The notes beneath the pieces are model-generated. The model searched no databases. It had not been told where the DNA came from and saw only the letters and a list, made by a program, of their open reading frames with translations. Of a DNA stretch of 57,866 bases, positions 1 through 9,262 are shown piece after piece. The stretch lies in contig JAAYQC010000085.1 in the NCBI GenBank assembly GCA_012519515.1, forward strand, positions 1-57,866, given 5' to 3'. Each line of letters begins with the position of its first letter. The stretch's first letter is position 1. The DNA is from Bacteroidales bacterium. GTDB lineage: Bacteria; Bacteroidota; Bacteroidia; Bacteroidales; VadinHA17. The translations under genes and the position numbers were made by a program.

Positions 1-2
1 AA

Positions 3-293
3 ATTTCAGAAAACTTTACACTTTTAAAACAGGAAGGTGACCTTATTACAATGAAGCCGGACGGGCTTTACGACCTGATTTATTTCGATGCCTTCGGTCC
101 TGACAAACAGCCTGAAATGTGGACTGATAAGATTTTTGAGAAGATCTCGGCAATAACGGTATCCGGAGGAGTGCTTGTCACTTATTCAGCCAAGGGAAGC
201 GTGCAGAGATCACTGAAAAGAGCAGGCTTTGAAGTTCATCTTCTTTCCGGCCCTCCCGGCAAAAGGCAGATCACACGCGCGGTAAAAATTTAA
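3..293 (+). CDS. SAM-dependent methyltransferase fragment, MnmC/MnmD-like (5' end lies outside the window)
   Basis: The frame is open from nt 3 to TAA at 291-293. The translated [18 protein letters not shown] region resembles the conserved DAF-P motif block of tRNA mnm5s2U methyltransferase (DUF752) proteins. Confidence 0.6.
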   Translation: MSENFTLLKQEGDLITMKPDGLYDLIYFDAFGPDKQPEMWTDKIFEKISAITVSGGVLVTYSAKGSVQRSLKRAGFEVHLLSGPPGKRQITRAVKI

Positions 294-334
294 AAAATTA
301 TTAAAAGCCTTCTATTTTCCTGAAGCCAAAGTAT

Positions 335-342
335 TATCTTTG
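335..342 (+). promoter_or_regulatory. Bacteroidota-type -7 promoter box (TATCTTTG, matches TAnnTTTG)
   Basis: Exact match to the TAnnTTTG consensus, 31 nt upstream of ATG 373. It overlaps the TTG at 340 used by the ORF track, which argues for the ATG 373 start. Confidence 0.35.
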
Positions 343-372
343 ACAAAATTTCTAAAATTAAATCGATATCAA

Positions 373-1086
373 ATGAAAATCAAGGGATTAATCGTTATGG
401 CCGCAGTGCTTGCCCTCATGCTTGGCTCATGTGCAAAACAGTCTATCACTAATGCCAAACTAAAAAACAAGGTGGATTCGCTTTCATATGCCTTCGGGAT
501 AATGAATTACTACGGATTGCAGGCTGATTCACTTCAGTTGAATCCGGTAGTTGTCGCCAAGGCAATGATGGAAGCGGAAAAAGAAAAGGCTAAAATGACC
601 GAAGATATTGCAAGAGGTGTCATCATATCGTTTGTTACCGAACGTCAGGCTGAGATGGCTGAAAGACAGGCTGAACAGGACAAAGTATTATACAAGGACT
701 ACATAGCTGAGAATGAAGCATTCCTGGAAAAAAACAAGGAAAAGGAGGGAGTTACGGTTACTCCAAGTGGACTTCAGTACGAGGTGATAAAAATGGGAAG
801 CGGTAACAAGCCTACCATCAACAGCACTGTTAAGGTACACTATGTTGGAACCCTTATTGACGGTACCGAATTCGACTCTTCCGTGGCAAGAGGCGAACCT
901 GCACAGTTCCCCCTGTCGGGTGTTATTTCAGGATGGACCGAGGCTCTTCAGCTCATGCCGGTAGGATCAAAATTCAGGATTTATCTTCCGCAGGAACTGG
1001 CATATGGAGGAAACCAGGCAGGTGATAAGATCAAGCCTTTCTCAACTCTTATCTTTGATGTTGAACTTCTTGAAATAGTAGAATAA
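373..1086 (+). CDS. FKBP-type peptidyl-prolyl cis-trans isomerase (FklB/Mip-like), probable lipoprotein
   Basis: The C-terminal FKBP domain is recognisable ([18 protein letters not shown] ... [10 protein letters not shown]). The N-terminus [20 protein letters not shown] looks like a lipoprotein signal. Confidence 0.85.
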   Translation: MKIKGLIVMAAVLALMLGSCAKQSITNAKLKNKVDSLSYAFGIMNYYGLQADSLQLNPVVVAKAMMEAEKEKAKMTEDIARGVIISFVTERQAEMAERQAEQDKVLYKDYIAENEAFLEKNKEKEGVTVTPSGLQYEVIKMGSGNKPTINSTVKVHYVGTLIDGTEFDSSVARGEPAQFPLSGVISGWTEALQLMPVGSKFRIYLPQELAYGGNQAGDKIKPFSTLIFDVELLEIVE

Positions 1087-1088
1087 CT

Positions 1089-1547
1089 TTGAAAATAGCC
1101 GAAATACATACCCCAAAGGGGATAATGAAGGTCAGCTTCTTTGAGGAAGATGCACCCCTGACTGTTGAGAATTTTGTAAAGCTTGCCGAAGATGGTTTCT
1201 ACGACGGGCTTGCATTCCACAGGGTTATTCCCGGTTTCGTCATCCAGGGAGGCTGCCCCTTTTCAAGGGATATGAGTGATCCCAGAGTCGGAACGGGAGG
1301 CCCCGGATACCAGATTCGCTGCGAGCTTACAGGTGCGAACCAGTACCACGACAAGGGTGTACTTTCGATGGCTCACGCCGGAAGAAACACCGGTGGATCC
1401 CAGTTCTTCATCTGTCATAACAGATCCAATACAAAACACCTTGACAGACAGCATACCTGCTTCGGAAAGGTGATTGAAGGCCTTGAGGTGATTGACAAGA
1501 TCAACCAGGGCGACCGGATAGAAAAAATAACGATAAAGGAGGAATAA
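1089..1547 (+). CDS. Cyclophilin-type peptidyl-prolyl cis-trans isomerase
   Basis: Motifs [20 protein letters not shown] and GSQFFI are present. The TTG start at 1089 gives an N-terminus ([27 protein letters not shown]) colinear with the first strand of PpiB-type enzymes. Confidence 0.85.
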   Translation: MKIAEIHTPKGIMKVSFFEEDAPLTVENFVKLAEDGFYDGLAFHRVIPGFVIQGGCPFSRDMSDPRVGTGGPGYQIRCELTGANQYHDKGVLSMAHAGRNTGGSQFFICHNRSNTKHLDRQHTCFGKVIEGLEVIDKINQGDRIEKITIKEE

Positions 1548-1548
1548 T

Positions 1549-1929
1549 ATGTCATTCGAGATCACAGGCCGGGTAGTCGAAGTCATGCCTGTTAACCAGG
1601 TCAGCGACAAATTCAGAAAACGCGAATTTGTAATCGAGAAAAAGGAAACAGGCGGCTCAGCGGTTTTTATTGACTATATCAAGTTTCAGCTTGTTCAGGA
1701 TAAATGCGACCTTATAAACGAATCCTTTCTCAACGAGGAAATCAAGGTATCCTTCAACATCAAGGGAAACAGGTGGGAGCGCGACGGTCGTGTGAATTAT
1801 TTCACAAACCTCGATGCCTGGAAAATCGAGAAAGTGTCCGAAGCTGCCGGCAACGAGATGCCCATGCCGGGTCATCAGCTGGAAGACGCTCCGCCGGAAA
1901 TTGATGATCTAAGTGACCTTCCATTCTGA
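1549..1929 (+). CDS. DUF3127-like small OB-fold-type protein
   Basis: 126 aa. The N-terminus (MSFEITGRVVEV...FRKREFVIEKKE ... IKFQL) is typical of the Bacteroidota DUF3127 family. The start lies 2 nt after the preceding stop. Confidence 0.65.
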   Translation: MSFEITGRVVEVMPVNQVSDKFRKREFVIEKKETGGSAVFIDYIKFQLVQDKCDLINESFLNEEIKVSFNIKGNRWERDGRVNYFTNLDAWKIEKVSEAAGNEMPMPGHQLEDAPPEIDDLSDLPF

Positions 1930-1939
1930 AAAACGTTTA

Positions 1940-1971
1940 AGACTGAAGCATACACTTCAGTCTTTTTTTTG
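1940..1971 (+). terminator. Rho-independent terminator
   Basis: A perfect 9-bp stem (AGACTGAAG 1940-1948 / CTTCAGTCT 1955-1963) is followed by a T8 run. Confidence 0.8.
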
Positions 1972-2058
1972 ATATTTATCTTTATCTTCGACGGAAGGAG
2001 CCGCTCCCCGGACATAACAAACAGACCTATTGATATATAACTTAATAAACCAGCTGAT

Positions 2059-4716
2059 ATGAGATATTTTATCACCCTTTGTTTTCTGCTCCTGTCCGTG
2101 ATGGCCGGAGCCCAGTCAGGCACTGAGACAGGTGTCATCACCGGCTCTGAGAGGGTTCAGCTTCCCTACAACAGGTTCGTACAATCGGCCGGGAAGCAGA
2201 TATTTTTCGGGGATGAAGGCATGGAAAGTCATGCCTTGGATCTGGCCCTTTCACCTGATAAACGCTGGATAGCTGTGATGGAAAGAACAAGTGTTGTCTT
2301 TATCGACACCCGTACCGACGAAGTAAGCTTTGTCCTTAAAAATAATTTTCATCCCCTGCTGAGAGGGGCAAACAATACCTATTCCGGTATACAGTGGTTT
2401 GAAAACAATGGCAAAACCGAAGTTTACTGGAGTGTTGTCAACAACGATGACAGGTCGTTTGTGGCATCGGCCACATGGGACGGCACAAAGGCTGAATTCG
2501 GCAATCTGCTCGAATACCGCGGTGACGGGATTGCAGATATGGCTCTTCCGAATGAGATCCTGGTAAACAGGGAATCGGACCGGAATGTCATCTATGTGGT
2601 TCTTAACGGTAACAATAAGGTTATCAAGCAGGATCTTGCCACAGGCGATACAATATGGATAGCGGATCCCGGAGTTGCGCCTTACGGCATCGCGATGGCC
2701 CGTGGCAAGCTATACGTGACGAACTGGGCGGGACGGACTCCGCTGCCCGGCGACACCGAGGTCGCCGGTATTCCCTGGGGCAAGGCCCGCGTGGACAACA
2801 AGGCAGGAGGAAGCACCAGGGAAGGAAGCCTTACTGTTATCGATTCAAAAACAGGAACCAAACTGAAAGAACTTATAATCGGACTGCATCCTAACGAGAT
2901 TGTAAGCGACAGTCAGGGCCGCTTTGTTTACCTGACAAACTCCAACAGCGACAACGTGATGGTTATAAACACACTGATAGATGAAGTAACGGAAACCGTC
3001 AGCGTAAGGCTGCAGCCCGAGATGAATCCTTTCTTCGGCGACTCCCCCAATGGTCTGTGTCTGTCGGATGATGAAAAACATCTTCTCGTGGCAAACGGCA
3101 TGGACAATGCCCTGGCTGTTATAAGACTTTCAAAGAAATCGGCTAAAAACGGCCGGGGTAAAACCAGCACGGTGACGGGCTTCATTCCCACGGGAGCATA
3201 TCCTTCGGGAGTTGCCGTTATACCCGGCAGGGGCAATATATACACCGCCAATCTTGAAGCTGTTGGAGCAAGGCTCCCCTCCAAAACCTCAGCCACAGCC
3301 AACCCTATATACAATTCCCACAACATGCTGGCATCGGTTTCTTCAATCCCCTTCCCCGACACCCGTACACTGCAATCGTATACCGACACGGTAATAGCGC
3401 TCAACGACCTGTCGCGGGCCATCCTAGCAAGGGAAAAACCCAGAAACGGCATCAGTCCGAAAACGGTGCCTGACAGGATAGGAGAACCTTCGGTATTCAA
3501 ACATGTGCTTTATATAATAAAGGAAAACAGAACCTACGATCAGGTTCTCGGCGACATGCCCCAGGGAAAGGGAGATCCCGGACTCTGCACCTACGGAGCC
3601 AATATTACACCCAACACTCACCGCCTGTGCGAAGAGTTCCTTCTGCTCGACAACTTCCACGTATCCGGGAAATGCTCGGCCGAGGGACATCAGTGGACCG
3701 ATGCATCAATAGTGACCGACTATATTGAAAAGAACATGAGAGCCTGGTTCAGAAGCTATCCCCACGTTCAGGAAGATGCACTGGTTTATGCTCCTACCGG
3801 TTTTATCTGGGATAACGCGCTGAAGCATGGGAGAACAGTGAGGATCTACGGCGAGGCTTCTTCTCCGGTGTTTAAACAAAACCTGAGCTGGACCGATGTT
3901 TACAACATGTACAGGAATGGGGAAAAAGTTCCGTTCAAAAATGTCACTACCATAGAGTCTGTCAAAAACATCCTCTCCCCTACTTTTCCTTCATACGGAC
4001 CTCATATTTTCACTGACCTGATGAGAGCTGACGACCTTATAGGGGAACTTCACAAATATGAGGCTATGCCCGGTGATTCCCTGCCCGAACTGATGATAAT
4101 CGCCCTTCCCAATGATCATACCGCGGGTTTAAGACCGGGATTCCCGACACCAAGAGCTATGGTAGCCGACAACGACCTGGCGCTTGGCAAAATTGTGGAA
4201 GCCTTCAGCAAAAGCCGTTTCTGGGAAAGCACCGTGATTTTTGTCGTGGAAGACGATTCGCAGGGCGGCTGGGACCATGTTTCATCATACCGCACAGTCG
4301 CATTGGTAATCAGCCCTTATTCAAGACTGAAAAAGACAATCAGCACCCACTACACCCAGCCTTCCATGGTAAGGACAATAGAACAAATACTGGGTATGCC
4401 TCCAATGAACATCCAGGATGCCATTGCAAATCCGATGGCTGACTGCTTCGGAACAAAGCCCGATCTGACTCCATACATTGCCCTTCCGTCCAATATTCCC
4501 ATAGATGAGATGAATCCGCCGCTGTCTTCCCTCAGGGGAAAAGCCCTTCATTTTGCCAAAAAGAGCATGCAGCCCGAATTCGGGAAGGTTGACTCCGGAA
4601 ACGACGACCTGCTGAACAGGATACTCTGGTTCGCAGAAAAAGGCAATCTGCCCTACCCTGCAAAATACGCGGGGGCAAAAAAGAATGAAAGAGATGATGA
4701 TGAACCCGAGTATTAG
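2059..4716 (+). CDS. Secreted fusion protein: YncE-like beta-propeller plus phosphoesterase (PLC/AcpA-type alkaline phosphatase superfamily)
   Basis: There is a signal peptide (MRYFITLCFLLLSVMAGAQS). The N-terminal half has repeated propeller-like blocks (VYVTNWAG, VYLTNSNSDNVMVINT, LLVANGMDNALAVI). The C-terminal half has HVLYIIKENRTYDQVLGD and VEDDSQGGWDHV, typical of the phosphoesterase family. Confidence 0.8.
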   Translation: MRYFITLCFLLLSVMAGAQSGTETGVITGSERVQLPYNRFVQSAGKQIFFGDEGMESHALDLALSPDKRWIAVMERTSVVFIDTRTDEVSFVLKNNFHPLLRGANNTYSGIQWFENNGKTEVYWSVVNNDDRSFVASATWDGTKAEFGNLLEYRGDGIADMALPNEILVNRESDRNVIYVVLNGNNKVIKQDLATGDTIWIADPGVAPYGIAMARGKLYVTNWAGRTPLPGDTEVAGIPWGKARVDNKAGGSTREGSLTVIDSKTGTKLKELIIGLHPNEIVSDSQGRFVYLTNSNSDNVMVINTLIDEVTETVSVRLQPEMNPFFGDSPNGLCLSDDEKHLLVANGMDNALAVIRLSKKSAKNGRGKTSTVTGFIPTGAYPSGVAVIPGRGNIYTANLEAVGARLPSKTSATANPIYNSHNMLASVSSIPFPDTRTLQSYTDTVIALNDLSRAILAREKPRNGISPKTVPDRIGEPSVFKHVLYIIKENRTYDQVLGDMPQGKGDPGLCTYGANITPNTHRLCEEFLLLDNFHVSGKCSAEGHQWTDASIVTDYIEKNMRAWFRSYPHVQEDALVYAPTGFIWDNALKHGRTVRIYGEASSPVFKQNLSWTDVYNMYRNGEKVPFKNVTTIESVKNILSPTFPSYGPHIFTDLMRADDLIGELHKYEAMPGDSLPELMIIALPNDHTAGLRPGFPTPRAMVADNDLALGKIVEAFSKSRFWESTVIFVVEDDSQGGWDHVSSYRTVALVISPYSRLKKTISTHYTQPSMVRTIEQILGMPPMNIQDAIANPMADCFGTKPDLTPYIALPSNIPIDEMNPPLSSLRGKALHFAKKSMQPEFGKVDSGNDDLLNRILWFAEKGNLPYPAKYAGAKKNERDDDEPEY

Positions 4717-4830
4717 TCTTAGCGGTCTGAAAAAACTCTGAACTCAAGTGTAGAAAACCCATAAGACACTGAATAACAGAAACCATAAAATTTCAATATG
4801 CATTATCTCAGGAAGAAGGGAAACAAACAC

Positions 4831-4838
4831 TAACTTTG
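4831..4838 (+). promoter_or_regulatory. Candidate -7 promoter box (TAACTTTG) upstream of purL
   Basis: Match to TAnnTTTG, 67 nt upstream of ATG 4905. Confidence 0.3.
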
Positions 4839-4904
4839 AAGATCAGGCACATTACTTTAATGTCAATAATAAATTATTATCATTCAACTACTTAAGATAC
4901 TCAA

Positions 4905-7900
4905 ATGATTATATTTTTCGAAAGCAGGTCAGGTAAAATCATTGCAGCCGGAACCACCACCGATTTAAATAATGAGGACATAGAAAAACTGCTATGGCTT
5001 TTCAGCGACGCTCAGCTTCTTAAAAAATCCAGGCTCGAGGGAAGGTTCGTGGGACCGAGAAAGGAAATGATCACTCCGTGGAGTACCAATGCCGTCGAGA
5101 TAACCAGAAACATTGGGATTAGCGGAATAACGAGAATTGAAGAACTTATCCCCGTCCGGAGCGATAACCCGGGATATGATCCGATGCTGCAGGCACTGTA
5201 CGTGAATCCCGGCCAGGATTTGTTTACCATCGACCGCGTGCCTGAAGAAATAGTAAAGATAAGCGACATTGGGGCCTATAACAAGGAAGAAGGTCTGGCG
5301 CTTAATGAAGATGAGATAAAATATCTTGAAGAGCTTTCAAAGTCGATTGGCAGGCCTCTTACCGACAGCGAGGTATTTGGTTTTTCGCAGGTCAATTCAG
5401 AACATTGCCGGCATAAGATATTCAACGGAATATTTATAATCGACGGTGAGGAAAAGGACTCTACCCTGTTCCAGCTAATAAAAAACACCACGCATTTTAA
5501 CAGGAACAAGGTTGTTTCGGCCTACAAGGATAATTGTGCTTTTATGCAGGGACCTGTAGCCGAGCAGTTTGCACCGGCGTCGCAGGATAAACCCGACTTT
5601 TTTGCAGTAAAGGAATTTGAGTCGGTGCTTTCACTGAAAGCTGAAACACACAACTTTCCCACTACCGTCGAGCCTTTCAACGGCGCTTCGACCGGAACGG
5701 GAGGGGAAATCCGCGACAGGATGGCAGGAGGCAAAGGCTCCTTCCCTATTGCCGGCACTGCTGTTTATATGACAGCCTATCCCCGGCTCGACGAAAGCCG
5801 GCCATGGGAAAATGCCTTTCCCGAAAGGCCCTGGCTCTACCGCAGACCTGCCGAAATACTTATGAAAGCATCAAACGGGGCAAGCGATTTCGGCAATAAA
5901 TACGGCCAGCCTCTTATCTGCGGATCCGTTCTGACCTTCGAACACTTCGAAGACCTTAAACAATACGGATACGACAAGGTGGTAATGCTTGCCGGAGGAA
6001 TCGGCATAGGAAAAAAAGCGGATTCGGAAAAGGGTGTTCCTCAGAAAGGCGACCTTATTGTCCTGCTTGGAGGTGACAATTACAGAATAGGAATGGGTGG
6101 AGGAGCAGTTTCGTCGGTGGAGACCGGAAAATACGACAGCTCCATAGAACTCAATGCCGTCCAGCGTGCCAATCCCGAAATGCAGAAGAGAATATACAAC
6201 ACCATCAGGGCGCTTATAGAATCGGATTCAAATCCGATAGTGTCGATCCATGACCACGGAGCAGGAGGACACCTTAACTGCCTTTCGGAACTGGTCGATG
6301 CCACCGGCGGCAGGATTGACATCAGCAAACTTCCGGTGGGCGATCCCAGCCTTTCGGCAAGGGAAATTATAGGGAATGAGTCGCAGGAAAGAATGGGGCT
6401 TGTAATGAGGCCGGATGACATTCAAAAACTGATTGCCATTGCTGAAAGGGAAAGAGCTCCCTACTATATCATTGGCGAGATCAGCGGCGATCACAGATTA
6501 AGTTTCTACAACGGGAAAACCGGTGAAAAACCAGTAGACCTTGAACTCGGATCACTTTTCGGCAATCCGCCGAGAACTGTGATAAGCGACTCAAGGGTGG
6601 AAACAAAATTCAGCGCGGTTGAATACAGCCCTGAAAAAATACCCGAATACCTTGAAAAAGTACTTCAGCTTGATGAAGTTGCCTGCAAAGACTGGCTTAC
6701 CAGCAAGGTCGACAGGTCGGTTACCGGACTAATTGCAAAACAGCAATGCGCCGGACCGCTCCAGCTTCCGCTCAACAACCTGGGAGCCATCGCTCTCGAT
6801 TACAGGGGAATCAGGGGAATGGCGGTTGCCGTCGGGCATGCTCCCGCGGCCGGGCTAATCGACCCTGAAGCAGGATCGGTGTTGTCGATCGCCGAAGCCC
6901 TTACAAATATTATTTGGGCGCCGCTGGCCGACGGACTGAAAAGCGTATCTCTCTCCGCGAACTGGGCCTGGCCATGCAAGAACAAGGGCGAAGATGCTAG
7001 ATTGTACAAGGCAGTCAAGGCAGCCGGCAAATTTGCATGCGACCTTGGAATAAACATACCGACCGGCAAGGACAGCTTGTCGATGACACAGAAATATCCC
7101 GACCAGACCGTGCTCTCTCCGGGAACCGTGGTAATATCGGCAGCCGCGGAGGTAAGCAATATCAGGAAAATTGTGGAACCGGTAATGGTAAACGATCCAT
7201 ACACCAGTCTGATCTATATTGATATGAGCAGGGACAGACTTAAGACCGGGGGCAGTTGTTTCTCCCAGGTGCTTAACAGGATCGGGGATGAAGCTCCTGT
7301 TGTCACTGACCCGGCATATTTTGCCGAAGTATTCAATACCATTCAGGAACTTATCAATAAGGGGAAGATCCTTGCCGGACATGATATATCAGCGGGTGGA
7401 ATGATAACTACACTTCTCGAAATGTGTTTTTCAAATACCGAAGGAGGAGCTGTCATCAACCTTTCCGCCCTCAATGAAAGCGATACTGTCAGGATGCTTT
7501 TCAGTCAGAATCCCGGAATCATCATTCAGGTGAAGGATGTTAACGAAATAGCAGAAATATTGCTTGAAAGGGGTGTCTCCTACCTGGCAATAGGACATCC
7601 GGTCACAGACAGAACACTGAAAATCACCGTCAATAATGAAGCCTACTCTTTCGATATTGACCAAATGAGGGACATCTGGTTCAGGACATCCTGGCTCTTT
7701 GACAGGCGTCAGAGCGGGCCCGAGCATGCCAGGGAGAGATTCGAATCATATAAAAAGAGTCCTCTCCGCTTCGACACGGGTAGTTTCCAGGGCAGCTTCA
7801 AATCGCTGGGCATTTCCCCCAACCGAAGAAAAAAATGGGGTACCAGGGCTGCAATAATCAGAGAAAAAGGAGTTAACGGCGACAGGGAGATGGCTTATGC

Positions 7901-8606
7901 ACTGTGGCTTGCCGGATTCGACGTGAAAGATGTACACATGACCGACCTTATAAGCGGCAGGGAAACACTTGAAGATCTGAATATGGTAGTCTTTGTGGGA
8001 GGCTATTCCAACTCCGACGTCTTCGGATCGGCAAAGGGCTGGGCAGGAGCATTCAGATACAACGCGAAGGCCCGGAAGGCTCTCAGCGATTTCTACTCAC
8101 GGCCGGACACACTCTCACTCGGGGTTTGCAACGGCTGCCAGCTGATGGCCGAACTAGATCTTATATATCCCGGTCAGGGGAAAAAGGTGAAGCTTACCAC
8201 CAACAAGTCGGGGAGATTTGAATCCTCCTTCCTGGCCGTGAAAATACCTTCCAACAATTCGATAATGTTAGGGAACATGGCAGGAATGGAACTGGGTATC
8301 TGGGTGGCTAACGGCGAAGGCCGCTTCAGCCTTCCCAATCCTGAAGATAAATATGAGGTTGTCCTAAAATACAGCCGGAGCAGCTATCCTGCCAATCCAA
8401 ACGGATCGGATTACGATGTTGCAGGCCTCTGTTCCGATGATGGCCGTCACCTGGCAATGATGCCTCACCTGGAAAGATCAATCTTCCCATGGCAATGCGC
8501 GTACTATCCTGGCGAAAAAATGCAGGATGAGATTACTCCCTGGATAAAAGCCTTTGTAAATGCAAGGCTGTGGATTGAGGGAAAGATCAGCGGGTCAATG
8601 GAGTGA
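4905..8606 (+). CDS. purL: Phosphoribosylformylglycinamidine synthase, single-chain large form
   Basis: 1233 aa. The AIR-synthase-like repeats are present (ETHNFPT, GGEIRD, HDHGAGG). The C-terminal glutamine amidotransferase has GVCNGCQLM and MPHLER. Confidence 0.95.
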   Translation: MIIFFESRSGKIIAAGTTTDLNNEDIEKLLWLFSDAQLLKKSRLEGRFVGPRKEMITPWSTNAVEITRNIGISGITRIEELIPVRSDNPGYDPMLQALYVNPGQDLFTIDRVPEEIVKISDIGAYNKEEGLALNEDEIKYLEELSKSIGRPLTDSEVFGFSQVNSEHCRHKIFNGIFIIDGEEKDSTLFQLIKNTTHFNRNKVVSAYKDNCAFMQGPVAEQFAPASQDKPDFFAVKEFESVLSLKAETHNFPTTVEPFNGASTGTGGEIRDRMAGGKGSFPIAGTAVYMTAYPRLDESRPWENAFPERPWLYRRPAEILMKASNGASDFGNKYGQPLICGSVLTFEHFEDLKQYGYDKVVMLAGGIGIGKKADSEKGVPQKGDLIVLLGGDNYRIGMGGGAVSSVETGKYDSSIELNAVQRANPEMQKRIYNTIRALIESDSNPIVSIHDHGAGGHLNCLSELVDATGGRIDISKLPVGDPSLSAREIIGNESQERMGLVMRPDDIQKLIAIAERERAPYYIIGEISGDHRLSFYNGKTGEKPVDLELGSLFGNPPRTVISDSRVETKFSAVEYSPEKIPEYLEKVLQLDEVACKDWLTSKVDRSVTGLIAKQQCAGPLQLPLNNLGAIALDYRGIRGMAVAVGHAPAAGLIDPEAGSVLSIAEALTNIIWAPLADGLKSVSLSANWAWPCKNKGEDARLYKAVKAAGKFACDLGINIPTGKDSLSMTQKYPDQTVLSPGTVVISAAAEVSNIRKIVEPVMVNDPYTSLIYIDMSRDRLKTGGSCFSQVLNRIGDEAPVVTDPAYFAEVFNTIQELINKGKILAGHDISAGGMITTLLEMCFSNTEGGAVINLSALNESDTVRMLFSQNPGIIIQVKDVNEIAEILLERGVSYLAIGHPVTDRTLKITVNNEAYSFDIDQMRDIWFRTSWLFDRRQSGPEHARERFESYKKSPLRFDTGSFQGSFKSLGISPNRRKKWGTRAAIIREKGVNGDREMAYALWLAGFDVKDVHMTDLISGRETLEDLNMVVFVGGYSNSDVFGSAKGWAGAFRYNAKARKALSDFYSRPDTLSLGVCNGCQLMAELDLIYPGQGKKVKLTTNKSGRFESSFLAVKIPSNNSIMLGNMAGMELGIWVANGEGRFSLPNPEDKYEVVLKYSRSSYPANPNGSDYDVAGLCSDDGRHLAMMPHLERSIFPWQCAYYPGEKMQDEITPWIKAFVNARLWIEGKISGSME

Positions 8607-9123
8607 GGATCACCGAAACAAGCCTGGTGTCTAAACTCTCGCCCCTGGAATTGTTCATGGCTTCCTTGGGAAGTACTTTCTCACTGATCACCTGGATGCT
8701 GTATTCACCGGGTTCTGAAAAATAAAACGAGCCGGCATAGGAATCAGCCCTGTAATAAGGCAGTGATACTTCCTTTGAATCACGAACCACCCTGTCGATA
8801 GCAGGATCAACCTCGATATGCTTGTCAAGCAGGCTTATCCTTACAGAGTTGATGTAGCTCAGATCGGTGGTGTCCTTGGTAGCGCTCGAAAGCCATACCT
8901 TGTATGTTCCGGGCTTTGATACCACTACATTCCATTCTGCAGTGTTGCTTTCCGGATGATGGGCATCGCTGTAGCAAACTGCTTCCTCCAGATGGAGAGA
9001 AAAACTTCCGTCTGATTCCTGGACTACAACATTCTCAGGCATTTCAGCCTTCGGTGAATTGCTCCCGCACGACCAGACAAACAGAATAACCAAACCAAAT
9101 AGGGTAAAGATTTTTCTATTCAT
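8587..9123 (-). CDS. Hypothetical lipoprotein
   Basis: The internal ATG at 9123 gives MNRKIFTLFGLVILFVWSCGS, a lipoprotein signal. The 3' end overlaps the purL stop convergently by 20 nt. No family was recognised. Confidence 0.6.
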   Translation of the reverse strand: MNRKIFTLFGLVILFVWSCGSNSPKAEMPENVVVQESDGSFSLHLEEAVCYSDAHHPESNTAEWNVVVSKPGTYKVWLSSATKDTTDLSYINSVRISLLDKHIEVDPAIDRVVRDSKEVSLPYYRADSYAGSFYFSEPGEYSIQVISEKVLPKEAMNNSRGESLDTRLVSVILTPLTR

Positions 9124-9262
9124 ATAATAGTATTTTATGACTAACAACTTTATTACAACGTAACATTGACATTCAGAGTATGTGTTTAAACTGCGAAAGA
9201 ACAAAAAAAATACCAAGCTTCCGCAATAAAATCAGAAAATATTAACAATTTTCTGTAAAAAT

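Noticed and set aside
340-372. TTG-initiated N-terminal extension of the FKBP gene
   Set aside because: The extension overlaps a TAnnTTTG -7 box (335-342). ATG 373 gives a proper lipoprotein signal.
2928-7382. Several 130-190-aa minus-strand ORFs inside the phosphoesterase gene and purL (for example 2928-3500, 6800-7204 and 6855-7382)
   Set aside because: All are shadow ORFs opposite strongly supported genes.
8587-8606. Convergent 20-nt overlap of purL and the lipoprotein gene (and a 36-nt convergent overlap at 19893-19928)
   Set aside because: Short convergent 3' overlaps are common and need no special explanation.
9124-9216. N-terminal extension of the lipoprotein ORF (track start 9216)
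   Set aside because: The internal ATG at 9123 yields a canonical signal peptide, whereas the extension is an AT-rich promoter-like sequence. The same logic was applied to 30043-30156, 35546-35569, 46580-46636 and 48427-48456.
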